From the NCBI RefSeq assembly GCF_000002075.1, contig NW_004797399.1, forward strand, positions 298,746 to 362,745: 64,000 nucleotides of DNA. Reading direction: 5' to 3'. Source of the DNA: Aplysia californica. Taxonomy: Eukaryota. Below the pieces are notes generated by a model. The model saw nothing but the letters and a program-made list of their open reading frames with translations, was not told the DNA's origin and searched no databases. Every line of letters starts with the position of its first letter. Positions within the stretch are counted from its first letter, which is position 1. Position numbers and translations under genes: made by a program. Positions 27,401-40,545 of the stretch are shown here, in pieces.

Positions 27401-30400
27401 GGGGGGGGGGGGGGTCTGAAGTGGGTATGATGCTTTTTATACCTGTAAATAGATTCCTTGGTCCAGTTCTCATCATGTTGAGCAAAGTGTTCTCTGTGTA
27501 TGTATGTATTTGTATTCAAGAAGAACACAAAATAGTATGTTAACTGAATCCTGTGACCGAGTTAAAGTTATGACAAGACAAGTCTATTGTTAAGCTTTAT
27601 TTTTAAATATCACTTTTTCCAACCTTAACGCTAACAGGCACCTTTTATTCTATTTTGTTTTCTTTTGCCCTTGACTTAGGTGCTGGGAAGTACAGAGGCC
27701 TTGTCAGTTCTAGGAGAGTTGTCACCAGGTGGCGCCCTCATGTCTGGCACCAGTCTACAGCAGCTACATCGTGAGTCAGCGGCTGTCTGTTCAGGGATAA
27801 TGTTTTGCTTATCTATGCAGAGGAACATTACATTTAAGTTTGTGTGTGATAAATGATAACTCTCTTTTTCAAGATGGAAATAATTGTGGTATTCTTCAGG
27901 ATTATACTGTAAATAGGAAATAGTAATAGATAAATAAATTTCACTTTGATCCCTGTGGGGTAATTTGCTTTTACAACGGCATAACACATATTATACATAC
28001 ATATAGATGTATACACATAACAGATATACTACAAACATGCCATTGCTGGTTTCCATTGTGCAGTGCCCAGGGGTTTTCTTTTAAGCTAGGATCATCGTGT
28101 CTTGCTTAGAAACGCACTCCAGTGGCCACATACCTCAACACCGTTCACCAATGTGTTTTACGTTTCACTACCTCAGAATTACAAAGTTCTATCTGACATT
28201 TTTGGCTGATGGGAGTTACTAAGACCATGGCATCAGAAATCAAATGTTCTATCTCCTCTATCAAAATGGTAAGATTATTCGAAGTTGTCATCGAGATATT
28301 CAATGAATTGCATTCGTTAAGGCCTGACATAATGTGAAACTTAAAATCTTTAACATCAGAGTTCTCAAAACAAGGTACTGGGCAAATAGGAATTTGTCAT
28401 TCTGAGGTAGCGATTTATTGTGAGCCTTCACTTGCTTACCCCTCAGCCAGTGGAGCCACATGTCAGCAGTGAGAAAGAAAACATATCTTTTCTAATTTGT
28501 AAATTTTAGATATATGTTTACCTTTGGTGTTTGTTGTTCTTTATTTTTTTTCTAGAACAAGTGAGCCCCGCTACCCGTGATGAAATCAAGCAAAACTACA
28601 ACGCCATGTGTGAATTGTTACGACATTTTTGGTCCTGTTTCCCTGTGTCGTCCAAGTCTCTTGAGGACAAAGTGAGTGCTTTGCTGCCTTCGTTCACTTT
28701 GTTGTTCCAGATAAAACAGAAGTACTTCTTCTGTCTGTGCTGTTAGGGATAGACTTTCACTTTTAGAATGTTTCATATCAATTCCCCTGTGGAGAAGGTA
28801 TTTTGCAAAGCATCTGCATCGTTCAACTTTAATGTTTTGAATGATTTTTTTATAATTTTTTTTTTTGGGGGGGGGTGTGTATTATTGATCTTGAGATTTG
28901 TTTTTCTCTTGAAATTAACACCCACAAAATTTCTTAACTCTTTATCTCCAAGGGGGGTAAACTCACTATGCCGGGGTCTTTTTTTTTTGGTACTAAATCT
29001 AAAAGTAGCAAAATCGTCACTGAATTGGTCATTCCATCAAAAAGCGTTAACCTATTTTGATAATTCTTCATCTGATTAATGAACTCCCGGTAAAAGAGAC
29101 CTGTTTTTGGCAGTTGCTGAAAAGTAACTTGATGTCGAAGTCGTCATAAATTGTTATAAATTGTTATAAATTGTTATAAATTGTTATAAATTGTTATAAA
29201 TTGTTCTAAATTGTTCTAAATTGTTCTAAATTGTTATAAATTGTTATAAATTGTTCTAAATTAGAATGGTAACATGTTTGTTTTTGCCAAATAGGTTGTG
29301 AAGATGAGACAGACCCTGGAACGCTTTGAGATGAGCAAGTTGGCGCCACTAAAAGAAAAGTTGTCACAATACCATTATGCAATGAATGTAAGTCACTGTT
29401 CCTGCTTTTGCATCAGATTTTTTTTTTCTCATGAAATACTTTGAAAGAATGATAGACCCCAAATCTACCTGCTCAGCTGTTGGGGGAAAAAATGATGTCA
29501 AACGCAAATTCTCTTTGTGAATCCCTTTTGTTTCACGCAAGAACCTTGAGTTGCTTTGTGTTGTCTGCTTTTTTTCTCTTTCCTTGCAACGGCAAGAAAA
29601 TGTTTGTTTCGTTTGGATTTTGTTCTTGAAACACATCAACACATTTATTCCCCTCCTGTGCGGAGATGTTTGGGGCATTCTGTACAAAGGTCGTGTTTTA
29701 CTGCAGAAATATGAAGTCTTTTACTCTTTGCACTGCCGCTGTATGTTGTTAGTTTTTTGTTTGTTTATTGTTGGGGGGTGGGGGGGGGGGGGGGTGTTAT
29801 TGTCACACTGAACTAATTTTAGCTTTCAGGCTATGGATATGGATGGTTAGAGGGTGGTCTGATGTGATTTGTTTGTTCTTTCCTGTCAAACATCTGTCAT
29901 GCTTACCTTTCTCTCTTTTTTGTGTTTGTTACTCTCTTAATATTATCTAATTGCCGTCTCCCCCCCCCCTGGCGAGGCGGTGCCACTGACTGTAGTGTCT
30001 TTAGGCCATTCCCAAAGGGGGGACATTTCTCGTTCAAGCACTGTAGAATTGTAAATGGGCTGATTCATGTCACGCTCATAACTGTGCCTGATCTACAACA
30101 GGGAACTGCTGCTTTTTCTTTCCTAATCCTTACTATTGTCATTTTCCTCTACTTCTTTTGTATGTTTGTCACACTCTTGCGACCTGCTATTTCCGGGGTG
30201 GCTTGATAGTTGAAGCAGACTTTGCGCTGTTGAAGCTAGAGAGGTGAGCAGAGTAAGTCTGATTCCCTGTAAAGACTTCTCTATTGACACCCACCCCTTG
30301 GCGCTCATATGACCTTATGCAGTTACGAGTGCCGTAAAACCCTTTGCTATAATAATATAAAAATAATCTAATTGTGTTGCAAGAGCCGTACAGTAAAACT

Positions 30401-30681
30401 CTTACCAAAGCAAAAAGCTATGTACCATGTTAGGATTTCCTGTGTTTTGTCTTAATGATAATTAGTAGATATCCATAGTGCCCACTGTGCAATTGGCTCA
30501 AGACACTTTCCATCAAAATTGAAATCTGTGTAGCTAAAAATAAATCTGTTGCGCCAAATCCTGTAAGACATTTTGCTGTCATGTCTGTTCACAGCTGACT
30601 GGACACCTGGAGGAGATGCTGAGGGCAGCTTACCTCAAATTTGATGCCTGGCAAGCGCGACGTAATGCCCGTAGACCATGA
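15466..30681 (+). CDS. GTF2H1: General transcription factor IIH subunit 1 (p62; PH + two BSD domains), 586 aa, 14 coding exons
   Basis: Exons 15466-15619, 16414-16615, 17281-17377, 19842-19928, 20142-20235, 20790-20939, 21596-21675, 24058-24336, 25658-25728, 26799-26958, 27680-27770, 28556-28671, 29295-29387, 30595-30681; 1761 nt, phases consistent. Recognised motifs: [75 protein letters not shown]. Confidence 0.97.
17658..17915. mobile_element. MITE, copy 1 (second copy 36954-37198)
   Basis: Inverted termini TGAAGAGCACAGGGG...CCCCTGTAGTCTTCA; internal sequence closely matches 36954-37198. Confidence 0.75.
18224..19096. repeat. 873-bp direct duplicate of 8642-9514, including PIFO exon 2
   Basis: Offset 9582. 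I saw one substitution (G9458 vs A19040). The copy ends at a 100-N gap. Confidence 0.95.
19436..19701. mobile_element. TTAA-flanked MITE (piggyBac-type); inverted relative at about 28934-29147
   Basis: TTAA|CTCTTTATCT...AGATAAAGAG|TTAA. The internal sequence is reverse-complementary to 28990-29145. Confidence 0.75.
21232..21471. mobile_element. piggyBac-type MITE, 240 bp
   Basis: TTAA|CCCTATCCGTACG...CGTACGGATAGGG|TTAA: 13-bp perfect TIR with TTAA TSD. Confidence 0.9.
22074..23062. mobile_element. piggyBac-type non-autonomous element, 989 bp
   Basis: TTAA|CTCATTCGCTACGT...ACGTAGCGAATGGG|TTAA: 14-bp TIR with 1 mismatch, AT-rich interior, no transposase seen. Confidence 0.85.
23880..24028 (+). 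mobile_element. 3' portion of the same SINE family
   Basis: CCCGGGAAGCTGAGAATGTTTCTGA...GATATGCGCTGTAC matches the reverse complement of about 5795-5900. Confidence 0.8.
24446..24520 (+). ncRNA. Decayed HDV-like ribozyme candidate (retroelement 5' end type)
   Basis: The order P1-P2-P3-L3-P3-P1-GG-P4-J4/2-P2 is recognisable but has mismatches, and T replaces the presumed catalytic C. Confidence 0.3.
24960..25352 (+). mobile_element. Retroposon family B (about 380 bp, I/Nimb-type tail)
   Basis: Alignable by eye along its length with 29975-30352; ends GGCGCTTATATGACC...GCAAGCGCCGTAAAACC plus an A-rich tail. Confidence 0.75.
25877..26125. mobile_element. MITE
   Basis: CTGCTGTAAGCTGACAAAACGCC...GGCATTTTGTCAGCTAAGAGCAG imperfect TIRs. 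Confidence 0.65.
28166..28412. mobile_element. MITE, copy 1 (second copy 36065-36287)
   Basis: CACTACCTCAGAATTACAAAGTTC...GAATTTGTCATTCTGAGGTAGCG TIRs; homologous copy at 36065-36287. Confidence 0.75.
29147..29262. repeat. (AAATTGTTAT/AAATTGTTCT)n 10-bp tandem repeat, about 11 copies
   Basis: Seen directly; ends about 30 nt upstream of the GTF2H1 acceptor at 29294. Confidence 0.95.
29975..30352 (+). mobile_element. Retroposon family B, second copy
   Basis: Homologous to 24960-25352. Confidence 0.75.
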
Positions 30682-31436
30682 TTCCCACCATCCCTTTGTC
30701 CATACAAAGGTTTCTGTTATCTGTTTGTTTTTTGCCAACACAATACCAGGAGTACCACAGGCAAAGCCTTCCTAAACCGTAAGACAACAGCCGAAGCACT
30801 AGTTTCTTCCACGAGCCAGACCGCGCGACTTCCTCGGAACTGCTCTGAAATCAGTTCACAGTGGAGAGATGGGTGGTGTTGTCTTCTTAGGGACCCCGTC
30901 ATTGGCAGACCTTCTTAGAGCTTTAGAGAAGTGTGTGTGGTTCTCCTTGACCTTGGTCCGGCTACTGTTGTTGTAGTGGTCAGATGATGTAAAGTTACAA
31001 TTGCAGCCAACCGTCATTCACTGGACCATCATCTTTCCAGATTATTCTGGAATTCCAAAAGTTTCTTGCATTTTGTGCTTATTAAGTTGTTTGGAGTTTT
31101 TTTTTAATGTATTTTTGTAGCTCATTGCGCTTTCTTTTTTTTTTTTGAGTGTGCGTAATGGAAATGTGTCCTTGGATAAAATCCAATAAGGTACAGAAAT
31201 TGTGTGGATAGTTTGAGGGTATCACAAGTATGTCTACTTTTTTACCCCCTCCCTCCTAGTTTCTGAAGGTCTTTTGTTTGGGGGGTGTTCTGTACGAAAT
31301 GACCACCATCATTTTGATGTGCTTCTTCTTACTGACGCACACTTGTAAATCAAAGATCTTAGTAGATTCGAGTGACACACTGTACTGTGAACTTGACAAG
31401 ATGATAAAGGGTACATTTTTGTACACATGCATACAT

Positions 31437-31562
31437 GCTCAGATCATGTAAATGGTTATATTGCTTATAGGCTATAGCTCAGGTCATGTAAATGGTTATA
31501 TTGCTTATAGGCTATAGCTCAGGTCATGTAAATGGTTTTATTGCTTTTAGTTCAGGTCATGT
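31437..31562. repeat. 40-bp minisatellite, about 3 copies, in the GTF2H1 3' UTR
   Basis: GCTCAGGTCATGTAAATGGTTATATTGCTTATAGGCTATA units starting at 31437, 31477 and 31517. Confidence 0.9.
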
Positions 31563-32562
31563 CAGGATGATGAAGGAGGGCATATTCGTGCATTTTCCCT
31601 GAATTCCATTTTTCATGCAGGGCTGAGAAAAATGTTTGGTATTTAATTCTGTGTGGGTTTTTTTATAGTAAGTTGGATTGGACTCTTGTTCTCTTTATAA
31701 GCCAACTGTGACGTTTTTGTCTCTGAGTCAAGGTGCTGTTCTGTTGTGTACAAGTGAGAATGATGTCCTTCTATGGTCTTGTTATCAAACCAGTGTCTAC
31801 ATTAGGCTCCTTCCCTTCCCTGGAAAAGGCCTGAGTTTAATGAATTCTCCCTGAAGAAACAGTTTTATTTAGTGTGATAATCAGTCCACTGGAATGTAGT
31901 ATCTCATTCCACCCGGGATGGCCCTGACAGGCAGGAGGGATGTTCCTTGTCTTCTTCGTCACCTTTATTGTGTCAGAAGTGGGAAATGTTTCTTAACTAA
32001 CCAGGCTATGTGATGGTTACTTTATTTTACTTTCACTTTTTCTTCCTGTGTTGCTGTTAAGCTTCAAGGGGAGCTGCAGTTTTCTGTGGTAGGCCAGCTC
32101 TGCAGCTTTTTCAATTGGGATATCATTTCTCAGGGCTTTCTTGACTTTCTCAATTCCATCTTTGGCTTGATCCACCTCTTCCTTTCATGTCTTGGTTAAC
32201 AGTTAAAAAATGAAGAAAGAAAATAATTATCAATTGGGTCCAGAAAGTATTAATAATGAGGTATGAAAGGCTGAAAATTTGGTTCAGATGAGTTAAAAGT
32301 AAAGTCCAGAAAGAGTTTTCAATAAAGGCGGGAAAGAGGTGGAGTAAGATCTGGAGAGGGCTAAAAATGGAGCTCAGAAAGAGTTGAAAATGAGGTCTGA
32401 AAAAGATAGAACATAGTTTTTATGGTTTGAGAGGGAAAATGTGTTACATGTTATATATACATAGACATTCACTGCCATCATTCTCTGAGGAGTTGTACTT
32501 TAACTGTTTGTATGAAACTTCACAATGTTATTGTTGCTAAGCGATAAGGTCCTTGTTGTGAA

Positions 32563-32568
32563 AATAAA
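32563..32568 (+). terminator. Candidate polyadenylation signal of GTF2H1
   Basis: AATAAA about 1.9 kb after the stop, followed by T/GT-rich sequence (32607-32660). A second AATAAA lies at 32321. Confidence 0.5.
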
Positions 32569-35500
32569 TCATGAAAGTCTGATTCCATTTCAAACATGAA
32601 AATCCGTCTGTTGCGTTTTTCTTTTCTCTTTTGTATTCTTGTGTGTGTGTGTGTGTGTGTAGGGAGGGGTGCTTCCCTGCCATTCCTGTTAAAAAATACT
32701 TGAAAACAAAAGGTGCTTCAGTTTGTTTTAATTTTAATAATAGTTAAAAGAATTAACCTGTTTTATTTTGCTTTCTTGATGCTATTTTTGTGTTGTTAGG
32801 AAATAGTTCTCTGTTGTCAATGGGTGACTCGGATTAGGTCTATGATATTTTAGTCAAGCCCTTTCTGTTCTCTGCTCTTCTGAGTCATGAGATTGGGGGG
32901 GGGGGGGTCTCTTCCGTAACCAAAGCGGAGGGCACCACTGGTAGGTCGGCTTTCTTTATTCCTCTCTGTTGTTTCTGTCTCTCTGTCTTGCTTTTCCCCT
33001 GCACTATATGACCGCTATTGTGTCGAGATATGCTTCTCTTTACTCCAACTTTAACCAGAAAGTCAAATACATGTTTTTTTGTTGTTGTTGTTTTTTTCCA
33101 CAAAATGTGAAAATGTTTTTGTGGCAAATTAATGCATAATTTTGTGGTTAGCGCAGTAAGAGTTAGAGTAAGGGAGCAGCCTGTGCTGTGTATTTTAGTG
33201 TCAGAGTTCTTTCCCCTAGAACAATCTAATAATTTGAATAATAATTTTTTGGAAGACGTTTTGAAAATCAGTAAATAACTGTCCTATCTTTCTTTTTTTA
33301 GGTAGGCCTACATGTACTTGTTTTTTACATCCCCACCAATACCATTTAGATCATTAGGAGACCGGCTTCCTAAGCTGCCTTTCAAGACCAACACTGGCTA
33401 AGAGTAAGAGGGATACAACATCCCAGCAGAAAGACCGAATACTGAATAAAAATTCATCCCACTCTGGAATCAAATTCGGGTCTCTTGCATGTGAGAGAAA
33501 AGTACCTAACTGCTACACCACAGGCACAGGACGGGACATGTGTCATATCTCTGTGATTGAGAAAAGTAGGTCTGTTACTGTCATCGACATCTTTTTGGTG
33601 CCATGTGTGCAGTGATAAAGGGAAAGTGTTTATTTTGTGTACTTTTCTTTTATGGGAGCAAAAGAAACCCCCAATTCAATTTACTCGAGGCCTTAAATTG
33701 TCAATGTAACAAACAAAAAACTAAGAGTAAGAGGTTTGGGGGGGGGGGGGTCATTTCTGTTCGCAGTTGTTTTATTGTTGGGTTGTCTGTCTTCGATCGA
33801 CCACAGTATTTTATTTTAAAGAAACTGCGTGTATTATCATGGGAGCTGTGGTCACATGTGAGAGAAAAAACACTACTGATATCTATAGAACAGGGTAAAA
33901 ATTTGCTTGACTGATCATGAGATTTCTATTAAATAAAAGATAATGATATTTTATTTGGCGTATAATAATCCGCCTATTGGTAAATTTTGAAACCGTGAAC
34001 AAATTTTTGGTATAATGGTGGATACTCATTGAGTTCATTTTTAGTGCGGCACAATTGGATCAACCATCACATTGTATTCCAAGGCAGCATTGGGCATAAT
34101 GTGCTGTCTTGTCTTTCTTGGGTCTCTATAGGGGTGTAGGGTTGCCCTGGTAGAGTGATTAGGGCACTCTCCTCTTAATGGGTGGTTGTTGGGTGCTCTG
34201 GCGTGGTTTGCTCCTTCTTTCCTTTCAAACATCTGTCATCCTTATCTTTTCTCCTTCCTTTTTGTGTTTGTTACTCTCTTGTAGCACCTCTAATTTTCGG
34301 CACTATGACCTGATCGTATTGCAAGTGCTGTAAAACTCTTACTAAAATTAAAGAAGTAGTTTTATTGACTCAAATGTGAGTCTGATTTAGCTTTTTGGGA
34401 GTAACGGATGTAGAAAGGGAGAACTTTCGTATAAATCTCCCGTCAGTTGTAATTGATTTCATGTGAAGCAGAAGCAGCATTGAAGGGTGTTTGTCAATGC
34501 GTTTGCAATTTCCATTTCCAAGCACTTTGAAAGTGCAAGTGTACGGTACATGTACGTGTATTTCATTTCTATTCATGTGTGTGGGGGTTACACATATGTA
34601 GTTGCGTCTTTAGAAGTCATCTTTTTGACAGGAAGTCGGTGATTGGCGGGTGCTCTGGTGCGGGTTTTTTTTAAGTTTTAGTAAGAGTTTTACGGCACTT
34701 GCAACACAATATAAGGTCATATAAGTGCCGTGGTGTGATTTGCTCCTTTCCTATTGTCCTTATCTCTCCTTTTTTATTTGTTACTCACTTGAAACACCTC
34801 TAATTTTCGGCATTTAAATGACCTAATTGTGTATGCCATAAAATGCTTACTAAAACAGCAGAGGAGCTACTTTGAATGGTGTATGTCAGTGTGCTTGCAA
34901 TTTCCATTTCCAAGCACTGTGAAAGCGCAAGTGTACACAATATATTTCTGTTTATTTGTGTGTGTGTGGCGGGAAGGTGACATAGATGTAGTCAAGTCTG
35001 TAGAGGTCCACTTTTTGACAGGGAAAGGTTTTTATTCCGCTTGGAGGAGGTGGGGGGGGTTACCCATTTGTTGTTTGTTGAGTGTTTAGAAATTCCCTTT
35101 CTTTTGAATGAAATGTTTTTTATTCCTCTCGCCACCTGACAGGTCATGTTGCCGTGGTTGTATCACACATTTTAAAAACTGCAAATAATATTGAAGGGCA
35201 TTATTTCTGTTCCTATTTGGTTTCTTGTTTTTGTGCTGCTTTCTTTTGTCCACCTAATGCATCAAAACAGCCATAGTATGCTATGTAATGTCACTGAACA
35301 AGGACATTTATGTACATATATAAATATGGATTGTGTATGATTATGATGACAATGTTTCTGAGAATATGAAATATAAGGCTTTTGCCTTATTAAGACTTAA
35401 GGTCTGCAGTCAGATTAAAGGTACTGGAGTTCCATTTTCTGTGTATGTGAGTGTGTGTGTGTATTAGTTAACGGAGTATTACCACTCCTGTGAGTGGGAA

Positions 35501-36389
35501 GTACAGGACATTGAAAGAACCATACCATACAGATATCACAATGGTTCAAACCCCTACAATGGTATTCTGTTACTGTTTGTGTCAGTTTTCATAGCTGTTC
35601 CTTATCTCAATCCTATCAGAGATGGACATTATATTCAGATGTCCCAGTTTTTAACCTTTAAGTTTAAAGATGGAAAAAGAATCGAATCCCAAACCCTTCT
35701 GTTTTAGTCTCCAATGTGTGTCCTGTGATGATAGCACATGTATCTAATCAGGCATATGCCTCCCTCACAGATATTAACTGTGAAGAGGACAAAGAAAGAA
35801 TAGATGGTCTACACTGTTGTTTTTATATATATATATATATATATATCTGAGTTTAACATCTATCTCCAGAAGGACCGAGTCAAATAGGAATTCCGTGTAA
35901 AGTGCCCTTCAAGGGCACGTCGGACCAGGCTGAGGCTCAAACCCCCGAACCCGCAACCTAACGACACATTAGACGTGAGGATCCACTGCGGACAAAACCT
36001 TAGCAAGAAAACGAATATTTCTCTTCTATGTATCATGTTCGGCAAATTTCTCTAATTACCTTTTCGCTACCTCAAAATTACAAAGTTCTGACCGACATTT
36101 TTGGCTGTTTTGAGTCACTAAGACCATGACGCCATAAACCAATTGTTCTATGCATTATTCGGAGTCGTTATCAAGATATTCAAAGAATTGTTTCGAAAAA
36201 GATTGACAAATGAAACTCAATTTTTTTTCGGCAAATTTCTCAAAACTAGGTTTTGAGTGGATAGAACTTTGTAATTCTGAGGCAGCATTTCGTCACAGTA
36301 TCACATCCTCATTCAATTTGACTTATTCCATTAACAATCGAAATGCCAACAAAAAAACAAAAAATCAGCTCACTTTAGGCACATCATGT

Positions 36390-36395
36390 TTTATT
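36390..36395 (-). terminator. Candidate distal polyadenylation signal of ZC3H11A
   Basis: AATAAA on - followed by a T/GT-rich tract (36345-36365). More proximal candidates at 39935-39940, about 38404 and about 38062. Confidence 0.4.
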
Positions 36396-39191
36396 TCAAT
36401 AATACAAAATCATGGGCACATTCCATTTCAACAAGACATCATCACCACATACCAACAACAAAACATCTCAACAGTAATGTCAATACATGTATATTATCAA
36501 AAACATTTCATTTTCCCGTAGACCAAAAAAAACAAAAAAACAACCACACATTGACTTGTCAGTTCTTGTAGCTTCTAAGGTGGGCCAACAAAACACTGGC
36601 CATTGCAGCTGCTTAACTATTTATCAAAGGTTTGGATTGGGTAAAGGGAAAGTTGGGGGGGATTTAAACATGACACCCAGCCTGGTCACAATGGAATGAA
36701 AGGAGTAGAAAATGGAAGGAAATAACGCTTCACATCCTGTCTGTAGCAATGTGTTCATCGAACTGTGAAAATGAAAATCACTATAAATATGTAAACTTAG
36801 GGCTGTTGCAATCAACGAAATTATTAAAAAAACCTGATATCTTTCTGTAAGTGAAAGTGGCAAAATGTTCATGACCATGTCTTGATTTTTATCTGGACAA
36901 GGGCTGTTTGCCACATTTCACCACAGATCTATAACACTAGGATTTCAATGCCATGAAGAGCACAGGGGGAAAACGACAGTCACAAACTGGAAATAGTGAG
37001 GGTGCCAATCTTAAAAGCTTGTGGACTTATAACATCATATTTGTTTGACTGGTGGTTTATTGTTAAGTGTTGAATGGTAAATCTAAAAACAATAATCAAC
37101 CAACAGTTGAACAGAAATACAGTTAAGAGTCAAAAAGCGTTCAAAATTGGTACCCTCGAGATTTTCAGTTTGTGACTACAGTTGTTTTTCCCCTGTAGCC
37201 TAAATATATATATATATATATATATATTATATCCCTCTTCACAAGAAAAATAAAATCTTGTTTAACCCTGCTTTACAAGGTCAGTAAAAATAATTAGAGA
37301 ATTGCTTATTTTTCTTGCGATATCTTAAGAAAACTGTTCTGAGGAAGAAAAAAATCATTATGCCAAACAAAACTCTCTTCACCTCTTGATCTGGAAAAAA
37401 AAATAGATCACGATTAGTGGATGCAAAAACTCTCAGTTCTCAGTCGGGGCCATGTTCAGAAGCCACACAGATGGACACCATACACAAAGGTAGGAGTGAA
37501 GTGGGGCATCATTTCTCAAACCGACAAAGCGACCAGAAGACAACCTGAAGAGCTCAGTCAGTCTTTTCTTCAACCTGAGCAGCAAAATCAGAGTCGGAGA
37601 ATCCTTCAAGAGCGGTCTGCATTGAACAGCACGCATGATTTGAGTTTGAATTTGTGTAAAGAGCAGCACATCAACAAGAAAATGGTCATTCAGTGCTGGG
37701 AGAGAACAAAACGGAAAGAAATAACGCCTGGGAAAGTAAAGAAAAAGAACATACCAGTGGCGCCCCCTAAACACAATTTTTAAAGAGACAAATATATTGG
37801 CAAGAAATGGAACTGCATTACTTCACGGTTAAGAAACACAAACACAGAACCTCTCAACAAAGACATGTTGTGCTTCACTAGACAAGTAATGTATGATTCA
37901 AACGTGAGTGAAAGCAGCTTGTTGTGCATGATAAGCTGCCTTGCTGATTGTTTCCAACAGACTAGGTAGGTATAACGGAATGTTCTGGTTATGGGTGAAA
38001 GCTGGAGTAAAGTAAGCAAACCTTCCATTAGAGAAGATCACAACAAGAAGAAAATACCACTTTTATTGGTTATCACAGTATGACTCTCAACAAAAAAAAA
38101 GTTCAAAGGATTTTCAGTCCAAGCTGGTGCTCATGACTTGTTGCAAGACTAGCAGGAGATACAAATTGACAGAGAACCAAAACACAATAACGTGCACTGT
38201 CTCCAACAACTAACAATGAGGTTTTTTAATGTCTGAGGGCACCACCACAAATCCGGGAACAAACGAGAACTTTTCAAGGTCTCAAGCCAAAAAACATCTT
38301 GCGAAACCAAATGCAAACCAGCTCACTGAAGGTTATCCATTTTGCTGTGCCCTTTGGGGCTGAGACGAGGCTGACAAAGCTTCCTCAGGAGTAAACCGTT
38401 AGCTTTATTCAAAGCTCTTTCTACATTAATGGCAGCAGAAATTATTACCCAGACCTCACATCCGTCCTAGGTGTACAAACCTCCGATGAGTGTGGCTTCA
38501 CAAATGGCAATGTCTGCCACTGAGAGAAATTTGCATCACAATACATACAAAAATTAAAACCACAAGGATAGACAACTTTCTCTCCCTCTCTCTTACTTCT
38601 TATTTCTCCAGGCTATTCGTTTGCCTGCCTCATCTTCTCCCTTGTATTTCTTGCATTAAGTCTGTCCGTCTTCTGTACATCTCTGTCTGTCTGTTTTACT
38701 GTCGTCAGTCTCATTTTTTAATCTCCCTAAACATCTGTCCGTTTTTCAGTCCATCTGTGTACGTATTTTTGCCTTACATCCGTCCATCTTTTTTATTTAC
38801 TAAGTCTGTCTGTGTCTTATAGTCAGTCTGTCATTTTTTTTACTCCCTAAACGTCTGTCCATCTTTTTTTTAGTCAATCTGTGTACGTATTTTTACATTA
38901 CATCTGTCCGTCTTCTCTATTTCTGCAATTGTCTGTGTCCAACTGTCAATCTGTCATTGCTTTACTGTCTATGTTGTTTCGTCCGTCTGAACATCTTTCT
39001 CTTTCTCTCCCTCATTCTTCCATAGAAGTTCATTCAGCTTTCTCTAGTCACACACGTTCACACATGCAAAGACATAAATTATATGAAAAAGAAACACCAA
39101 GAGAAAACATAAAATGATGTTCACAAAGAACAAATAATAACAAACAGGCATTTGTACTGTTCACACACACACACACACACACATATTCACA

Positions 39192-39555
39192 CATGTAATG
39201 CACACATTATATAAAAATGAAACAAACACACACAAACACAAAAGTATGTAATACACACATTACATAAAAATGAAATACACACACACACACAAACACAAAA
39301 GCATGTAATACACACATTACATAAAAATGAAATACACACACACACACACACAAACACAAAAGCATGTAATACACACATTACATAAAAATGAAATACACAC
39401 ACACACAAACACAAAAGCATGTAATACACACATTACATAAAAATGAAATACACACACACACAAACACAAAAGCATGTAATACACACATTACATAAAAATG
39501 AAATACACACACACACACAAACACAAAAGCATGTAATACAAACATTACATAATGA
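39192..39555. repeat. 54-61 bp minisatellite, 6 copies plus a partial copy
   Basis: Units ATGTAATACACACATTACATAAAAATGAAATA(CA)nAACACAAAAGC. Confidence 0.95.
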
Positions 39556-40545
39556 AAAACATAGTGAAAGTGAAACATTATATCCACATCATTTTTTTTT
39601 TATGTATGCACAAATGGCTCACAGTGCACACATGACTTTTGGACAGAGGGTAAGCCCAGATCAAATCCTAACGGGCCACTGCATAACCCTATATGCCCTT
39701 ACTATACTATCACAGGGGGTATTTTACCAATCAATCCCCTTTTTTTCCAAACCCCCAAACACGGCTGTTACTAGAAGCATGTGTCCCATGCAGAGATCTC
39801 CCAAGTTTATCTATAAATCTATTTTCCCATAGGATGGCGTACTAATCTTACTTTATCAAAAAGAATAAAAACTTCAAATGGGTATCTCCTTTTTTGAATA
39901 CTCATTACCGTGGCTAAAGAGATTTTTTTTTTTTTTTATTTACAAAATCAAATATAAGGTGGAAGTAGTGGGGAAAATAAGAGAAATAAGTTAACAGCAA
40001 AATTTCTCACATGTTCGCCGGTATATGCATTACTATAGACGTACCAGATAGTGAAGGGTGAAACTTTTCAGTCCAACTGGGTGAATTCTGACGACCCTCT
40101 TCTGACCCACTAAGAATTCAAAGTACAGTCGAACTCGTCTAAGACCTGTACATGCAAATGATCACTTCCCCCCATCCCCCCAAGCACTTTACATGAAACC
40201 AAGTGTATCTTAGTCGGCAGGAAAGGATGTCCACTACAAATTCAAGTTGAAAAAATATTATTCCATTCATTCAACCACTTTGAGATCTTTCAGAAAAATA
40301 ACAACTGAATATATATCATCAAGTAAAGTCTGATGGTGGAGAAAACGGATGGAGCTATAGATGATAGATTAAACAATATGGTGTCTGATCACTAAAAGCA
40401 CCAAAAAAAAATAAAAAAATTAATGTGCTTTGATACTATACTTGGGTCACTGATCAGGTTCACACTCAAAATTATTTTTTTTTTAAATCACACTTGAAAA
40501 TGCCACTTCCCCATAACATCTGTAAACAACATTTCTTGAAGGACA

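Noticed and set aside
27620-27637. U12-type branch point CCTTAAC in a GTF2H1 intron
   Set aside because: The intron donor is GTAGGC, and none of the predicted introns has a GTATCCTT or ATATCCTT donor.
39192-39555. CRISPR-like array
   Set aside because: Eukaryotic context, and the variable parts are only (CA)n length differences, not unique spacers.
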